Shown here: piece by piece, positions 10,706 through 22,700 of the stretch
How positions within the stretch are numbered: position 1 is the stretch's first letter
How the letters are laid out: each line of letters begins with the position of its first letter
Notes under the pieces: model-generated
Seen by the model: the letters and a program-made list of their open reading frames with translations, nothing else
Told to the model about the DNA's origin: nothing
Database searches by the model: none
Program-made: the position numbers and the translations under genes
Origin: Welwitschia mirabilis
Lineage: Eukaryota
Length of the DNA: 44,405 nt
NCBI GenBank assembly: GCA_051453625.1
Contig: JBOZIK010000001.1
Span: 6,318,686-6,363,090 of the forward strand
Direction of reading: 5' to 3'

Positions 10706-12143
10706 TGTTACAAGGCCAAATTAGTTATATTTAACATAGTTTATGGAGTATGTTTTATGCTCATTTGACATGTTTTCAATGAAATAAATAGCAAAACTAA
10801 TATACTTATTGCAAATAATCAAAATACATAGTTTTCTAGCATTTATAACTCTTTCTGGATGTTTTTCAAAGCATGACCCATTCTTGATCCTCTTGGTAAA
10901 TCCATGATGTCCAATTGACAAGATGATAATAAAGTCTAACATCATGATGATCTCTTAAGCAAACACCTTTATGTTGATTAATGAAAGCTAACATAATCAT
11001 TTGAGATACCATGGAGACGTTATTAATGCATTAGATCTACTTACCTCAACCGATGATTAATTTAGGGTGGATCGAGTGTGAAGAAGCTAATTTTAGAGGT
11101 TCATCTACTCATTAGTCATCTAAGCACAGTCACGAGACAAAGATCATTTGACTAGATTCAAAGAAACTAACATGACAATAACATGTTAGGGCATTAATAC
11201 ATAATTACATACCTCATCCTCTTATTTCATCCAGACAAAGCATAAGTGGACGATGTTTCATAACTAATGAAAAATTAATCAATCTTTTATTAAATCTTTA
11301 TTGCAATTACATCCCTTTGGGTCTCACCGTTATTAATCCATTACAAATTTTTTATTATAGTTGCATCTCTTTGAGTTCCACTATTATTAATATGTTATCA
11401 AATCATTATTGTAACTACATTCCTCTGGGTTCAACCATTATCAATTTGTTACCAAATCTTTATTGTAATAACATCCGTTTGGTTTCCATCATTTAGTAAC
11501 TATAGCCACCAATACAAACCTATAAATACACTCCTAGACATCTCATTTCATGATCTTCTTTGCATCATTTTCGCTTATGACATTGGAGCATTTTAGTGAA
11601 GGGATTCATCCGCTCATGAAAGACATTTTTCTTAGTGTTGAATTGTGTTTTCTCCATTTAGAAATTGTTGTTTATAAGTGGATGAATTTGAAGTACAATT
11701 GGTAATGAAATAAAGTGTGATTTTCTTATACTCTTTCTCTTAATTTTCTGTATACTTTATGTTAGTATTAATTTGATGCTATTATAGAATGATTCTAATT
11801 TTGGTATAGAGTATACACACTAACTTAGATTATAAGAAGTTCATAATTTGGTTGACCAAGTACGTTTATATCATTGCATTTCCATTTCATTGCATGTTCA
11901 TTTCCATTGCATTACCCTCATATCATCTCACCATTTGCATTATTGTTTTATGTCATTTTTCAATAAACTAAAAATATATAAAAATTTTTCTCCTCTTCTT
12001 AAAAATCAGATCTTTTAACTCATTTTCTTCTAACTTTAAGATCCTGAGTTGACTTACCCTATATTAGGTGTGTTGTGTACCCTATACTTAAGAATGTTTT
12101 GAGATTGAACTTGTAGATTATTTATTATACATTTAACACAATA
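10706..12143 (+). mobile_element. ~1.44-kb solo LTR inserted in the LINE, 5-bp TSD GATCT
   Basis: GATCT at 10701-10705 and 12144-12148. Termini are TGTTA...CAATA (CAACA with one C>T). TATA-like CCTATAAATA at ~11519. LINE ORF2 homology stops and resumes at these points. Confidence 0.7.
11292..11493. repeat. ~54-bp minisatellite, about 4 diverged copies, in the solo LTR just upstream of its TATA
   Basis: Units start at 11292, 11345, 11400 and 11454; approximate consensus AAATCTTTATTGTAATTACATCCCTTTGGGTTCCACCATTATTAATTTGTTACC. Confidence 0.85.
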
Positions 12144-13379
12144 GATCTCTTGGCGAATATCTTCTTTCTATACCTTGAAATGTAAAACCTCAATTCACAA
12201 CCTTCTTAGGATGAATTTCTTAGTGGAAATGTACTATGTTAAATGTTTGTTGTTATGGTAGATATGCATGCAAGTAAGTGGCTAATCTTTAGTGAGAGAA
12301 ATATCATAAATTAATCTTAGTTATTAATCAAATTAATTAGGCTATTAAAAAATATTCATTTAATTTTTATTTAGATGCTTAATTCGTAAAAACTAATGGA
12401 AGCTTTCCTATGCTCATAGTTCTCTTAGAAAAAATAGATTACATTGGCTAAATATTCAAGACTCAGTAACTAAAGAATTTTATAAATTTCTTAAGTCTAA
12501 CTAATGATCACATCTAGATGTAACAACTTTAGCTTAGTTCTGAGATAATTAGTTATCACTAGTCTAACATTTCAAACAAAATTTCAAAGCTAAACCGTTT
12601 GAATGTGATAGCCTTGTGAAAACTAGCTCTATTATTTGGAGAAGCATTAATCAAGAGAATTTTCAACTACTTGAGGAACACATCACTTTATAATAGGTTA
12701 CAGAAGATCACTTTCATATGGCCAACTGGAACGCATCTGGTGAGGATGGTTTACTATTGATTTTTTTTAAATAAGATCGAAAACTCATTGGTAATATTTC
12801 TTTTAATTTTATTCAAAAAGTTATTAATAACAAACCTTTAGAACCAATATTAATAAAGGCATCATAAGGCTGTTGCCTAAGTTAAATTACTTACTATTAA
12901 TTGGAATTTTAGATCAATCACTTTATTGAATGTTTCTTACAAAATATGGGCTATGTATTTAGCTAGACTTTTACAAAAAATAATTTCTAACATTTTTTAC
13001 AAATTACAATCTAATATACATTTCAAACAATGTTGTGTCAATCTAAAAAGATGCCAATGAATAATTGATACCAATAAGATATAACCTCTATCAAGATTGA
13101 TTACCATATTAAAACCTATAACAAGATATAATAAGAATTAATTTATTAAAATTCTAAGAGTTTTAGGTTTTAGCCCACTTTCATTGAATGATAGGATGTA
13201 TCTTCTGTGATGCTAATGGTTTCATAGCCATAGATGTTCATGTTTCTTCATCTATTTCCATTTAACACTCTATTTATGTGGGTTTTCCTTTTGCTTATTT
13301 CCTATTCATCATTGTAGTAGAATTTTTGTGTTATGTTATTAAGAAAGATGAAGCTAATCATCTTATTTAAGGAATTTAG

Positions 13380-14266
13380 TGTCAGACAACAACCCAAATT
13401 AGTCTTACTAAGTACCTTTTTTAAAGGAAACTTTAAATTAATTAGCATGCTAGGAACCTAAAATTAACTTCTACATATTCTTTATTAGAGAGAAAGTGTG
13501 TGAGTATATGAAAAGGGTAGAGAGAAAAAGAAAAATTAGAGATTACAATTACTTCTTATAGAATTAAATATATACTATTTTGGTTTACAAACAATAGCAA
13601 TCTTATACTTTTATGTCTGATATGTTTTTCGTTTTTTTTTTTTAAACCATACAAATATACCTTGTATATGTTGATGACATGTAAACTTATTATAATACAT
13701 ATATGGATATATGTTTAGTGTAATTATTTACTAATACAATAGAAGCTTGTAACTCCTACTAAAGGCATTTCTACTTGATATTTAACCACCACCCAAACCT
13801 AAGTTGGTTCTACTTCAATTTCTAAAATATAAAAAACATGGTTGGCCTCAACTTCACAGATTTAGATGTCACTTCAATATATCATAAAAAAGGCAATAGG
13901 TGATACATGAGGTAGATGCATACTTACAAGTAATTGTTACTTTTCTTGAAACATCTCAAGATGGTGTAACATAATCCTTTGACACTAAGTGCTTAAGATA
14001 TTAAGTTGATATAAGAACATACACAGGTAGGAGAGGAGATAGTGATTAATTCCACTTCCAAAAGAGTTTTATGTAAAAATGCAATGCAACCCACTTTACT
14101 GATGAAATCCAAGTATGGAGATGATGATTATTAGGATTATCTTGATTTAATTATTATCTAATGAATATAGCACACAAATTCATGCATGTAATCCTATGCA
14201 ATATAGATATCTAGTTGATTATTTACTTAAGAAAGGTAATTCTAACTTCATTGTTCTTTTAATCTT
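13380..14266. mobile_element. Truncated Gypsy-type LTR, local family A, copy 1
   Basis: Starts TGTCAGAC exactly where LINE homology stops. Shares blocks (GGAACCTA, TGAGGTRGATGC, TCCACTTCCA, GATGAAATCCAA) with 22953+ and, in part, 42116+. Confidence 0.65.
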
Positions 14267-14394
14267 AGTATTCCCATTTAGCACTCTATTTATTTAAGTT
14301 TTCCTTCACTTATTTCTTGTTCATAATTGTAGTAGAATTTTTGTGTCATGCTACCAAGAAAGATGAAACTAATTAACTTATTTAAGGAATTTAG

Positions 14395-16185
14395 TGTCAC
14401 ACAACAACTTAAATTAATCTCACTAAGTACTTTTTTTTAAAGGAAACTTTCAATTAATTGGAACATTAAGTGGAACCTAGGATTAACTTCTACATATCCT
14501 TATTAGAGANNNNNNNNNNNNNNNNNNNNNNNNNNNNNNNNNNNNNNNNNNNNNNNNNNNNNNNNNNNNNNNNNNNNNNNNNNNNNNNNNNNNNNNNNNN
14601 NNNNNNNNNNNNNNNNNNNNNNNNNNNNNNNNNNNNNNNNNNNNNNNNNNNNNNNNNNNNNNNNNNNNNNNNNNNNNNNNNNNNNNNNNNNNNNNNNNNN
14701 NNNNNNNNNNNNNNNNNNNNNNNNNNNNNNNNNNNNNNNNNNNNNNNNNNNNNNNNNNNNNNNNNNNNNNNNNNNNNNNNNNNNNNNNNNNNNNNNNNNN
14801 NNNNNNNNNNNNNNNNNNNNNNNNNNNNNNNNNNNNNNNNNNNNNNNNNNNNNNNNNNNNNNNNNNNNNNNNNNNNNNNNNNNNNNNNNNNNNNNNNNNN
14901 NNNNNNNNNNNNNNNNNNNNNNNNNNNNNNNNNNNNNNNNNNNNNNNNNNNNNNNNNNNNNNNNNNNNNNNNNNNNNNNNNNNNNNNNNNNNNNNNNNNN
15001 NNNNNNNNNNNNNNNNNNNNNNNNNNNNNNNNNNNNNNNNNNNNNNNNNNNNNNNNNNNNNNNNNNNNNNNNNNNNNNNNNNNNNNNNNNNNNNNNNNNN
15101 NNNNNNNNNNNNNNNNNNNNNNNNNNNNNNNNNNNNNNNNNNNNNNNNNNNNNNNNNNNNNNNNNNNNNNNNNNNNNNNNNNNNNNNNNNNNNNNNNNNN
15201 NNNNNNNNNNNNNNNNNNNNNNNNNNNNNNNNNNNNNNNNNNNNNNNNNNNNNNNNNNNNNNNNNNNNNNNNNNNNNNNNNNNNNNNNNNNNNNNNNNNN
15301 NNNNNNNNNNNNNNNNNNNNNNNNNNNNNNNNNNNNNNNNNNNNNNNNNNNNNNNNNNNNNNNNNNNNNNNNNNNNNNNGAGAGAGAGAGATAGAGAGAG
15401 AGTGTGTGTGTGTGTGTATATGTGAGTGTGTAAGTGAGAGAGAGTGAGAGAGAGAGAGAGATATTAAAGATTATAATTACTTCTTATAGAATTAAATATA
15501 TATTATTTTGGTTTATAAACAATAGTGATCTCATATTTTTGTGTCTTATATGTTTTTCTTTTTTTCACCATATAAATATGCCTTGTATATGTTGATGACA
15601 TGTAAACTTATTATAATACATACACGGATAAATGTTTATGATAATTCTTTCCCAATATAACAAAAGGTTATAATTCCTATTATTGGCATCCCTACTTGAT
15701 ATTTAACCACAATCCAAACCTAAGTTAGTTTTACTTCAATTTCTAAACTATAAAAACCATGTTTGGCCTCAACTTCATAAGTTTAGATGTCACTTCAGTA
15801 TATCATAAAAATTGCGATAGGTGATACGTGAGGTGGATGCATGATTACAAGTAACTATCACTTCCTTGAAACATCTCAAGATGGTGTAACATAATCCTTT
15901 GACACCTAGTGCTTAGGATATTAAGTCAACATAAGTCCATACATAGGTGGGATAGGAGATGGTGGTTAATTCCACTTCCAAAGGAGTTTTATGTAAAATG
16001 CAATACAACCCACTTTGCTGATGAAATCCAAGTATGAGGATGATGATTATTAGGATTATCTTGATTTAATTATTATTTAATGGATACAACATGCAAGTGT
16101 ATGCATGTAATCCAATGCAATATAGACATCTAGTTGATTATTTACTTAAGAAAATTAATTCTAAGTTCATTGTTCTTTTAACCTT
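14395..16185. mobile_element. Truncated Gypsy-type LTR, family A, copy 2; contains an (AG)n/(TG)n tract at 15380-15460
   Basis: Starts TGTCACAC; colinear with copy 1. Confidence 0.65.
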
Positions 16186-16294
16186 CATTTGGCATATCTA
16201 AAGATAATTACATTCGAAAAATTAGTAATGGTAATCAAGCTAGTGGAAATAGCTTTTGTTCATTTCACATTAATAATAGTATATTCTTATTCAA

Positions 16295-16430
16295 GATTGG
16301 TGGCCACAATGGTGGAGTCTTCGACATACTAAACAGGGGGTCCTAAGTTCAAATCCCTACATTGATAGGATTGTATGATTTACATGGACCGAAGTGCCAC
16401 TGGGTGTTTGTGTAGCACATACTATTTTTC
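16295..16430 (+). mobile_element. Probable tRNA-derived SINE (degenerate)
   Basis: Pol III A-box-like TGGCCACAATGG (16301-16312) and B-box GTTCAAATCC (16347-16356) lie 34 nt apart in a GC-richer island. No clean cloverleaf, tail or TSD was identified; the 3' end is approximate. Confidence 0.5.
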
Positions 16431-17288
16431 TAAGTTCAATTGGTGAACTTTACTATGATAATATAGTTAATGAGAACAAATGTAGAGATAAATAGAAAAA
16501 CAAGATGTAGTGCTTACTTAAATTCATGTAACTATAAAAATAAACAAAGGGAACAAAAATCGAAGAAGCTAATTAACGAGATTGCCAAAGTGAAAACCCT
16601 TAAAAATTTTCAAAAATTTATAATATATGTTTTCAAATGAAAGCAAGTAATATATGAAAGGAATTAATCATATGACAAAAGAAAAATCATATTAAAGTAT
16701 AGATTCTTGGAGTAATTAATTAGTCAAACTTCAATTATGCTAAAAGAATTTTACTTATTATTATTTAAGAATAAAGGCCTTAATAAGAAAAGAATAATTG
16801 TAATTTACCATAGAAAATTAAGTAAACATAATAAAAAATAAAATTGTTTTAATTATTATCTATATTTAAATTTTAAATTATTAAAATAATTTATTAAATA
16901 AATTTTCTATAATTTGTAAATTATTTTAGTTTTTTCAAAAACATTACAACTAAAAATTAATAATTAATTATTTATAAAAATAAAAATAAATTATGATAAT
17001 TTTTATTAAATTAGATTGATGATATCATCTCTAGAAATTAAAGAGTGTATTGCAGACATTACCCCTCTATTTAATGCAATGTTATGTCTCACTTGATCAC
17101 TAATAATTGAAAAACCAAGAGAGATTTCTATGGGCTGATAAGGGTAGAAAGGGGCTTTCATACAACCAATTAGGAAACCGACTCTTCCCTTCCTTTAATA
17201 AAAAATCCAGTTGATTTCTTTGTCCGTATATCATCTGTACAAAGGAGATGGAAACTATAAACAGTATATTGATGAATATTTGCAGAAG

Positions 17289-17905
17289 TTACAGAGATCT
17301 GAGAGTTCTGAGAACAGTGCTCATGGTAGGCCTCTTCGCCGGCTCCTCAGACATGCAAGAAGCAGCCAAATTCGCAATGGTTTTCGCGTCCTCTTCATTG
17401 AAATTTCCGCCGAGTCTCTTATCAACTACGCCAAGACACTTCTCAGAATCGGCCAAAAAAGGTCGGAGAAATGTAGAAAGAACTTTAGGGTTTCTGTCGT
17501 CGTCGAAAGCCAAAAGCCCTGTAAGAAGCTCTGCGAGCACTACTCCAAAACTGTAAACATCCTTGGAAGCAGTAATGAGGCCTGTTCTGAGGTAGAATGG
17601 ATCGACGTAGCCTGGAGATTCCATGAGGATTTCTCCGCGAGTGCTGTGCGTTCCTTCTGCTCGAGATGAGCCGAGATCGCAGAGACGCGCGCGGAATTCG
17701 TCGTCAAGAATGATGTTTGCGGATTTTATATCGCAATGGATAAGCGGAGGATTGCAGGATTCGTGAAGGTATTCCAGAGCTGATGCTATTTGGACTGCGA
17801 TTTCACGCCTGCGATACCATGTTAGGGTTTCTTTGGCCTTCTTTGATTGCAGAAGTCCGTGCAGAGAGCCGTTCTTGTGGTATGGTAATACCAGCGCTTT
17901 GCCAT
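17289..17905 (-). CDS. Receptor-like cytoplasmic kinase, exon 2 (subdomains V-XI, stop)
   Basis: Acceptor ...ACCAAAG|AT joins exon 1 in phase (G|AT = Asp, giving CDHPDGKALV). Motifs: LEYLHESCNPPLIHCDIKSANIILD, LCDLG, SPGYVDPFYLRTG, DVYSFGVVLAELLTG, RPTM. TAA at 17289-17291. Confidence 0.93.
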
Positions 17906-18706
17906 CTTTGGTTTTGCAATTTGACAAACAAATAAAAAAAAGAAGGAAAATATCACAAATTAGCCGTGAAAAGTTGTATAAAGCTATTAAAAAAAGTTTA
18001 TATTTATAAATATTTTTAGCTATTATTTTGAGCCTTGTAGTTAAATTATTTTAATTGATTATTATTTGTTTTATAAAGCTTTACAAAATATTTCTATTTG
18101 CTAATTTCCGTTCTGAAAGAATATCTCACTAACTATTTAAATTTATATATAATATTTGATAATGGTGCAACATCTCTTTCTAAAATTGATTGAAATTTTG
18201 ATTAAATTGGTTTGAAAGAAATGCTTCATGACCTTTCTATGGATTTGGGAAAAGAAAATGAATCTCTATGGATGGACTTATTGCTAAAAATAAAATACAA
18301 TTTTATGAAAAAAATCTAAATTTTAAAGAAATTAAATTCATTTTTTTACAATGATCTAAGGGCAAAAAAATTCCTACAAGATAAATGGAAATAAAAAATG
18401 CAATTCTTAGCAATGAAAATAGAAGTTTTTCAAAACAAAATATGCAGAATTCTTGGCAATTATTTAAGCTAATCAAAATACAATTCTTCTTGATAAATAA
18501 AGTAATTATACACTTCGTGGCTTTTAGGACCTTTGATGAAAAATGTTTTCGTCTCTCATAAAAATTATTCTAAATAGAACGTGTAAAATCCTTAAAACGA
18601 AAAACAATTTTCAAAAATAAAAAAAAGAAGCAAAATCTTATTTTTAAAAAAATTCGCATATCTAAAGACAGAAAGCAGTCTCTAAGATTGAGTGATGCGA
18701 AAATAC

Positions 18707-19097
18707 CAGGATGATCACAGAAGGCAAAAAGCTTCACGATATTCTTATGCGAAACAATCCGCAGAGCGTTGAGCTCCCTCTCAAACTCATTCTGAGCCCT
18801 CTGACTCTTCCTCAGAACGACCTTCACCGCGCACGGGCTATGATCTTCAGGAAGCTCTCCAAGATAAACGCTGCTGAAGCCTCCAACAGCAATCTGCTCT
18901 TTACAATATCGAGTCATCTTCTGAACCCCATCCCAAGAAATCTCCGTTGGCGCTCCCCAGGATTCATCATCATCCCACACCGACGCAGCCTGCGAAGATG
19001 CTCTGCTGCTGAGCGCGCTCGACGATTCCGGGGCATGAACGAAGCTCAGCGTCCGGCTGGCGCCCCAGCAAATGCATCTTTTCGGTAACAGGCCCAT
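18707..19097 (-). CDS. Receptor-like cytoplasmic kinase, exon 1; spliced product 335 aa, resembling the At1g33260/At4g10390/rice STRK1 group
   Basis: ATG at 19097 (MGLLPKRCICWG), a Ser-rich linker, ISWDGV pre-kinase motif, AVGGFSSVY, CAVK, FERELNAL and HKNIVKL. Donor G|GTATTT at 18706. The exons total 391+617=1008 nt with no internal stop. No TM segment or ectodomain. The subfamily call is from recalled motif similarity. Confidence 0.9.
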
Positions 19098-19193
19098 CAA
19101 ACTCAATTTCAAGCTAAGAAGGTAAGAAATGGAGGAAGAAAGGACAGATCTGAATTCTTTGCTTTCCAAATCCAAAGATGAGACAATTCTCTT

Positions 19194-19218
19194 CTCTGCT
19201 CTGCTCTGCTCTGCTCTG
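19194..19218. repeat. (CTCTG)5 pentanucleotide repeat in the likely 5' leader of the kinase
   Basis: Directly visible. Confidence 0.9.
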
Positions 19219-19274
19219 CAAATCTATTCCGCTCCGCAAATCCAAGGTTGTGAGAATCCTCTTTGCTCTGCAAA

Positions 19275-19765
19275 TTCAGTCAACGTGAATGAATTTAAGC
19301 GACAAAGGGCATAAGTTGAATGGCTGTTTCAGCGAAGGAGGAGGACAACCAAAGCTGTGAAGGAATGTCTGTCAATTTAGGGAATAATCAAAGACGGAAA
19401 CGCGAAACTTAATCCAAAAATAAACTTATCCTGCCGGCCTTCGATTTGACGAAGTCATTTTTTTTTCCTGTTCTTTGGCCGTGCTGCGCATCACGCACTG
19501 TAATCAATTCTCTATCGTTTTTGGTTTTGGGTTACAGAGTCTGATCTTTTGTTCTTTAATTTCGTCTGGGAAATTTAGAAAAGGGAATGAATTGCTAATC
19601 CGTTTGCTTCGGACGCGTTTTGCCAACCAACTGGGCGATCCGAAAGCTATTCGTTTTCAGAAAATTTTTTATTTATTTTTAATTTTGTTTGTTAAACGTC
19701 ACGAGTTGCATGGCGCGTCCCTTGGGCTTAAATCGATTATCCAGTCAACCAGATTTGACAGCCCT
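19275..19765 (-). promoter_or_regulatory. Putative stress/defence-responsive promoter of the kinase
   Basis: W-boxes (TTGACT on minus) at 19278-19283 and 19743-19748; TGACG motifs at ~19447 and ~19697 (minus); CAMTA-type CGCG boxes ACGCGT 19613-19618 and GCGCGT 19713-19718; CpG-rich. Confidence 0.5.
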
Positions 19766-22700
19766 TAATTTTCTAATAACATAAACAATTTCCTTAAAAC
19801 ATTTTTTAATCTTTCTTGGGAATATCTAAATTAAAGTATTCCATAAGAGATGTGTGATGGTGGGGAAGAGACACAGCCATTTTTATTGAGGCTACTTCTG
19901 ACACTTTTGTTTCTTATTCTTGCACGTGCATAAAACATTGCCAATAAACTCAAGATATCTGCTAGGGTATGTTTTATGGTAGGTATGTGGTTTGATAAAA
20001 CATTGCCAATAAAAAACAGATATCCATTGTTGTGTGTTTTATGGTAGGTGTGGGGTCTGATAAAACACTAAAGTTGGCTAGATTAAGCTTGTTAGCTACC
20101 CATAAATTCCATGCTATCTCTCTATGTAGGCTTCCATGAAGGTGGGAAGAGCTTAATACAAACACTATCCTATTTGTGTATGTATGCTTCCATGAAGGTG
20201 GGAATAGCTTAATACAAACAACCTGTGACAAGTTAGTCATAGGGGTCACACTACCAAATACAATCATGAGTGTTCTTTTGGGTTCCACTTAAGTTTAGCA
20301 ATTTCTTCATGGGTTTGCAATCTATGCTAATAATTAATTTCCTTTCAATTATAGACTTTTCAGGGATGCTTGTGACCAATGTGCTAATAAGAGTTTATTA
20401 AGTAAGGACATAGTTGGAACATCTGAGAATGAAATGACGAACCTTTATCATTATCATTATTATTATTATTTAAGAGAATGTTGAATGAGGTTTAGGTAGA
20501 TTTAATAATATGATTACATTAAAGTTGTTAATCCAATAAATAGGAAAAAGTGATACTTACGTATGGAAGGGGAAACACAATGGAAAGCACATAACCTTTT
20601 TTGAAGATTTTATAAATGTTACAAAGTAGCAATAAAGATTTTAGAAATCTTAAAAATTAGAAATAAGCGTTAGGCATTACCTTGAAAAACCGTCTCAACA
20701 AGTAGTATTAGTGGATATGAATCTATCTTGAGTGTCATATGTTTCCATAACTCATACAAAAGGCAACAACATGGTAGTTGTTGTCTCCTTTTAAAAAAAT
20801 TCCAAGCTAATCTTCATCTCTAATGTTTGCTCGAAACTTTAAACTCCTATAGGATTCCTCCATGAAATTTTGTAAGCTTCTCATATTTTCATTGTCTAGA
20901 GTACTTGAATTTTTTTTTTTTTTTTTTCCTAAAAGACATTTTTTTAAATCAAANNNNNNNNNNNNNNNNNNNNNNNNNNNNNNNNNNNNNNNNNNNNNNN
21001 NNNNNNNNNNNNNNNNNNNNNNNNNNNNNNNNNNNNNNNNNNNNNNNNNNNNNTCATAATCATGAAGTCATGGAAGCACTACTCTACTATTAGGATAGGA
21101 CCTTACTCCTATATTCTTATAGGCTATGAAAGAGAAAGAGTAATTCTCAAAATAAGGAGATCTCCTTGAATAATTTAGTAAAAATAACAAAACTTTTTTA
21201 ACTTTATAATTTTTGTTTTTAATATTGATACAATTGATATTATAAGGGTGGTTCTATTTTAAAATTTACAAACTTTAGTTCATAACATATTTACAAGAGC
21301 ACCACTATTTCTGAGAACTGTATGAAAGTGAATGTGATAAAAACAATGAAAAGGTCATGAAAATAAAGAGTTAAGTTTTAAGATAGGAAATAATTAGAAG
21401 TTAAGAACATAATAATAATTATCAAAAAAAGTTTAAATAATAGTGTTCAAAGTGATTGAAAGTAATAATATATTGATTTCCGATGAACTTTCATACATTC
21501 TTAAATTATAAATCTAAGTATTTATGATATATACTAAGTCACTATTATGTAACTCTTTAAGTGACATCTCTTACAATTAATTGATTAATAAATAATTTAA
21601 ATATATAAAACTAGCTAGTTTTGTTAATTTTATATGAGATATGAATGGTTCATTCCATATGGTAACAATATATAAAATCATGATAAATTAATATTTTGAA
21701 CATGCCCTTGCTTACAATGTTTGATTAGTATGTTTACTTAATATTTCCATGTATTAATTATCATTGACTCAATAAAGGTATTAAATTAAAGCTCATATAT
21801 GAAATGATATTACATGTCAAAATGCTTAGTAAATTTCTGAAATATTGGATTTCTTAACATCTTGCTTGTTCTTTTATTACCACAATGTTCATGAGTTGAG
21901 ATATTATTTTAATATTTATTTTTATAAAATAATATATATTGATTATAATTTTAATATCTTAAGACATTTAAGTTTGGTTAATAAGGTTATAAATATAGTG
22001 TCATAAATGATGAGTTATTGCTTAATAATAAAATTATAATTGATTAATATTATAAGTGACCCTTAATAAGTTCACGACCCTTAATAATAAATATATGTAT
22101 TGTTAGGATAACTAGTGTGGTAAATGTGTACCTTTTTTTTTGATACATGGATAAACACATCACTCTATGTGTGACATCTATTGGTGTTGTGTGGCTAACC
22201 TCATTTAAGTCATCATACCTCAAGCTATCCCAACATGGTATGAGAACCAATCCAGTACAAAGATTCATTCCTAATGGACGAAAATCAACATAATTGTCAA
22301 ATTTATGATAATATCGTATCCAAAATTAAGATCTAATTTCTTCACATATATGATTGTGGTATAATGGGACATGTTTATCCATATAAGCAATTTACCATGT
22401 AAGAAGTATGATCTTCATACTACCTTTTATGAGGGACATTGGTGTTGTTTTATGATTGTAAGAAACATGCAATAAATGTAATGTGTTAAAAGTCTCTGTG
22501 TTAAGTTACACAATTAACATTGTAGATCATGTCTTTTTGGAATACTATCTAGATATAGTATAATCATCATAAACATAAGGTTTCATAACATATGATATAC
22601 CATATCATCTTATGCATATAGTCATCTTGTTTAATAGGAGTATGCATGGGTTGAACAGATAACATGTTTCTTGGGAATGTAGTTAATATAGAACAAAGAC

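Larger units (their letters stand above)
8716..13379 (+). mobile_element. Decayed L1-clade LINE (ORF1, AP endonuclease, N-terminal RT), interrupted by a solo LTR and cut at 13380 by another LTR
   Basis: ORF1-like (DUF4283-type) scraps FFVIELFDKFAIEKAL and V*IRFPTL (~9070-9230). Endonuclease motifs NIVSWNVWGL (9948-9977), SIYGPH...DQLWFKL and TWSNHR...YLDCF. RT motifs ASGEDGFTIDFF (~12730), NFRSITLLNVSYKI (~12905) and GFPFAYFLFIIVVE (~13280). Confidence 0.85.
13253..16185. repeat. Diverged tandem duplication of a ~1.0-kb unit (LINE RT piece plus truncated LTR); the second copy is inflated by an N-gap
   Basis: 13253-14268 aligns with 14269-14509 plus 15380-16185. The TGTCA LTR starts at 13380 and 14395 give a period of 1015. 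There are many substitutions, chiefly transitions. Confidence 0.9.

Noticed and set aside
16295..16365. Functional tRNA gene
   Set aside because: Acceptor and anticodon stems do not pair convincingly.
17211..19088. Plus-strand ORFs 17211-17669, 17248-17556 and 18711-19088
   Set aside because: Antisense to the kinase exons with no recognisable features.
19098..19175. N-terminal extension of the kinase from the ORF track
   Set aside because: It begins at TTG. The first in-frame ATG is 19097, which gives an MG/Cys terminus typical of RLCKs.
20761..20786. Hairpin AGGCAACAAC/GTTGTTGTCT (and AATATCAA/TTGATATT at ~3312-3335) as Helitron 3' ends
   Set aside because: No correctly placed CTRR terminus; such short stems occur by chance.
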